A stretch of 39,510 bases of DNA from Alphaproteobacteria bacterium. GTDB lineage: Bacteria > Pseudomonadota > Alphaproteobacteria > Micavibrionales > Micavibrionaceae. A program made the translations under genes and the position numbers. The DNA lies in assembly GCA_007117665.1 (NCBI GenBank), contig SKGD01000124.1, positions 1 through 39,510 on the forward strand. The letters are read 5' to 3'. Shown here piece after piece: positions 38,070-39,510 of the stretch. Numbering within the stretch: the stretch's first letter is position 1; each line of letters begins with the position of its first letter. The notes beneath the pieces were generated by a model that was not told where the DNA came from, searched no databases, and saw only the letters and a program-made list of their open reading frames with translations.

Positions 38070-38768
38070 ATGAAAAAAATAGGGCTAATCGGGGGGCTTA
38101 GCTGGCACTCAACGATCGATTATTACCGCATCATCAACGAAGAAATTAGCAAAAAATATGGCGGCCTGCACTCTGCCGAGATTGTTCTGTGGTCTTTTGA
38201 TTTTCAAGCCATCGCCGACCTGCAGGCACAAGCCGCGTGGGAAGACGCAACCCGTAAAATGGTCGAGGCAGGCCTTGCGCTTAAGGCTGCCGGGGCGGAT
38301 ATGCTGGCGATCTGTACCAATACGATGCATAAAATGGCGCCCGATGTCGAAGATATTTGCGGGTTACCGCTATTGCATATTGTCGATGCCACGGCGGAGG
38401 AGATCCGGCGGCAGAATTTGAAAAAAGTTGCGTTACTTGCGACACGCTTTACGATGGAACATGATTTTTATCGCGGCAGGCTGGCTGAAAAGCACGGCAT
38501 AACCGCCATCGTGCCCGACAGCAAAGGGCGCGAAGCCGTGCATAAGGTTATCTTTGACGATTTGTGCCAGGGCAGCGTTTGCCCGCATGCCAGACAGCAT
38601 TTCATTGATATTATTGACGATCTTGCCGCACAGGGTGCCGAAGGTGTTATTCTGGGCTGTACCGAAATAGGTTTGCTGGTGAAACAGGATGATGTCCCCA
38701 TCCCGGTTTTTGATACAACCCCCATCCATGCCCGCGCGATCGCCGCCGCCGCAATGGAGCAGGAGTAG
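38070..38768 (+). CDS. ygeA: aspartate/glutamate-family amino-acid racemase, YgeA-like
   Basis: Near-colinear similarity to my recollection of E. coli YgeA: MKKIGLIGGLSWHSTIDYYRIINEEI, LHSAEIVLWS, AICTNTMHK and ILGCTEIGLLV (the two catalytic Cys regions), and PVFDTTPIHA. Confidence 0.85.
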   Translation: MKKIGLIGGLSWHSTIDYYRIINEEISKKYGGLHSAEIVLWSFDFQAIADLQAQAAWEDATRKMVEAGLALKAAGADMLAICTNTMHKMAPDVEDICGLPLLHIVDATAEEIRRQNLKKVALLATRFTMEHDFYRGRLAEKHGITAIVPDSKGREAVHKVIFDDLCQGSVCPHARQHFIDIIDDLAAQGAEGVILGCTEIGLLVKQDDVPIPVFDTTPIHARAIAAAAMEQE

Positions 38769-38846
38769 GACGGCTCTCTAACAAGCAAGAGGGCGTGCTT
38801 TCCCGGTCGCCATTCATTCACGATGATAGAAAAGGCCAAAATAAAA

Positions 38847-38870
38847 CCCGGCAAAGCCGGGCTTTATTTT
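38847..38870 (+). terminator. probable rho-independent terminator after the racemase gene
   Basis: CCCGGC-aaa-GCCGGG (38847-38861) followed by CTTTATTTT. Confidence 0.55.
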
Positions 38871-38959
38871 GATGGCGGTGCATGTAGTCTACCGCTAACC
38901 GTTCTCATCTGTAAATGGCTATGTTACAGTAATAAAATTTCTTGAACCCAGAGTTTTTC

Positions 38960-39412
38960 ATGGTTTATTTGAAAGTAGGCGATCAATATGCGGATGGTTG
39001 CTTTGGTCATCTGGAAAAGTTCCTGCGCATAGTTGATTATGAGTTATCCGAAATTCAATCCCGTATTGATAAGTCAAAAGATCCGGATTCAGACGGGCTT
39101 CTGGATCTTGGTGAATATATGATTGGATATGGTTTCATTGCAATACAGCGTTATATAACATCGACGTATCCACAAACGCCTTTGAGGGGACGGGACCGTC
39201 TAAAACGAGGACACCAATTAAAGAATGGCTTGCACTTAATCGAAGCACTAAATGCCGGAGCAAACTATTGGAAACATGAGCCTGAATGGCCATTTCAGAT
39301 AAACTATGGCTTACCTGACGATGAGGGGCTCACTCCTGTTTCAATAGATCGTTACTTAAATGCAAACTCAAAAACAACTTATGATGTAATAGCTAGGCTC
39401 AGGACCTATTAA
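38960..39412 (+). CDS. orphan hypothetical protein in a low-GC patch
   Basis: 150-aa ORF from ATG 38960 (156 aa from TTG 38942). I recognise no family. Three 60-nt lines counted by hand gave 38-42% G+C, against 53% in one line counted inside the neighbouring racemase gene. Confidence 0.5.
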   Translation: MVYLKVGDQYADGCFGHLEKFLRIVDYELSEIQSRIDKSKDPDSDGLLDLGEYMIGYGFIAIQRYITSTYPQTPLRGRDRLKRGHQLKNGLHLIEALNAGANYWKHEPEWPFQINYGLPDDEGLTPVSIDRYLNANSKTTYDVIARLRTY

Positions 39413-39467
39413 TTTTAAGATTCACGGACAAAGGCAATTATGATTCACTATGGCAGGAGGTGCTGCC

Positions 39468-39510
39468 ATGAATGATTTGTTTTTGCTGTCGAAGGCACAG
39501 TTCAACCGAA
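39468..39510 (+). mobile_element. 5' end of an IS5-family (IS1031/IS427-like) transposase gene, cut by the window end
   Basis: AGGAGG RBS, then MNDLFLLSKAQFNR. This resembles the MSDLFWLSDAQMARL... N-termini of IS5-family orfA proteins. Only 14 codons are visible. Confidence 0.4.

Noticed and set aside
39150-39290. Possible HEPN-like Rx4H (RLKRGH) and NYWKH motifs in the orphan protein
   Set aside because: Short motifs of this kind occur by chance, and I cannot see the surrounding four-helix HEPN pattern. It is recorded only as something a profile search could settle.

Overview
This is a gene-dense 39.5-kb chromosomal segment that reads as alphaproteobacterial core genome. The evidence is three alpha-restricted families (TIGR02302, DUF4167, DUF2125), a divergent ubiG/aspartokinase pair, and xerD-aroK-aroB and secA-mutT synteny. 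About 38 protein genes are supported. They include accA, xerD, aroK, aroB, a CNNM/TlyC transporter, secA, a parvulin PPIase, mutT, chorismate mutase and tyrC. A six-gene minus-strand cluster runs secreted repeat protein-ftsE-ftsX-ydcF-plsC-DUF2125. The rest are lysA with a small lipoprotein, tlpA, a 429-aa pentapeptide-repeat protein, ubiG, aspartokinase, a RodZ-like protein, prfA, prmC, DUF4167, clpB, and a lipoprotein/MurC-like ligase/YgeA-like racemase trio. I saw no rRNA, tRNA or CRISPR array. Three kinds of structure are not explained by genes. (i) A 270-bp MITE-like element with perfect 30-bp inverted termini sits exactly at the prfA stop codon, and a related terminus occurs at 24381. 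(ii) A REP-like hairpin family (ATNCCCGC-loop-GCGGGNAT) has units at 7607, 26458-26638 (three clustered) and 32876. (iii) A patch of about 40% G+C at the 3' end holds an orphan ORF and the first 14 codons of an IS5-type transposase. I cannot see a recognisable defence or toxin system. The best candidates for new biology are the terminator-bounded lipoprotein/Mur-ligase/racemase operon, the low-GC orphan next to the IS (possibly the edge of an island continuing beyond the window), and the mobile or structured repeats. All family assignments come from motif recognition by eye, not from database searches.
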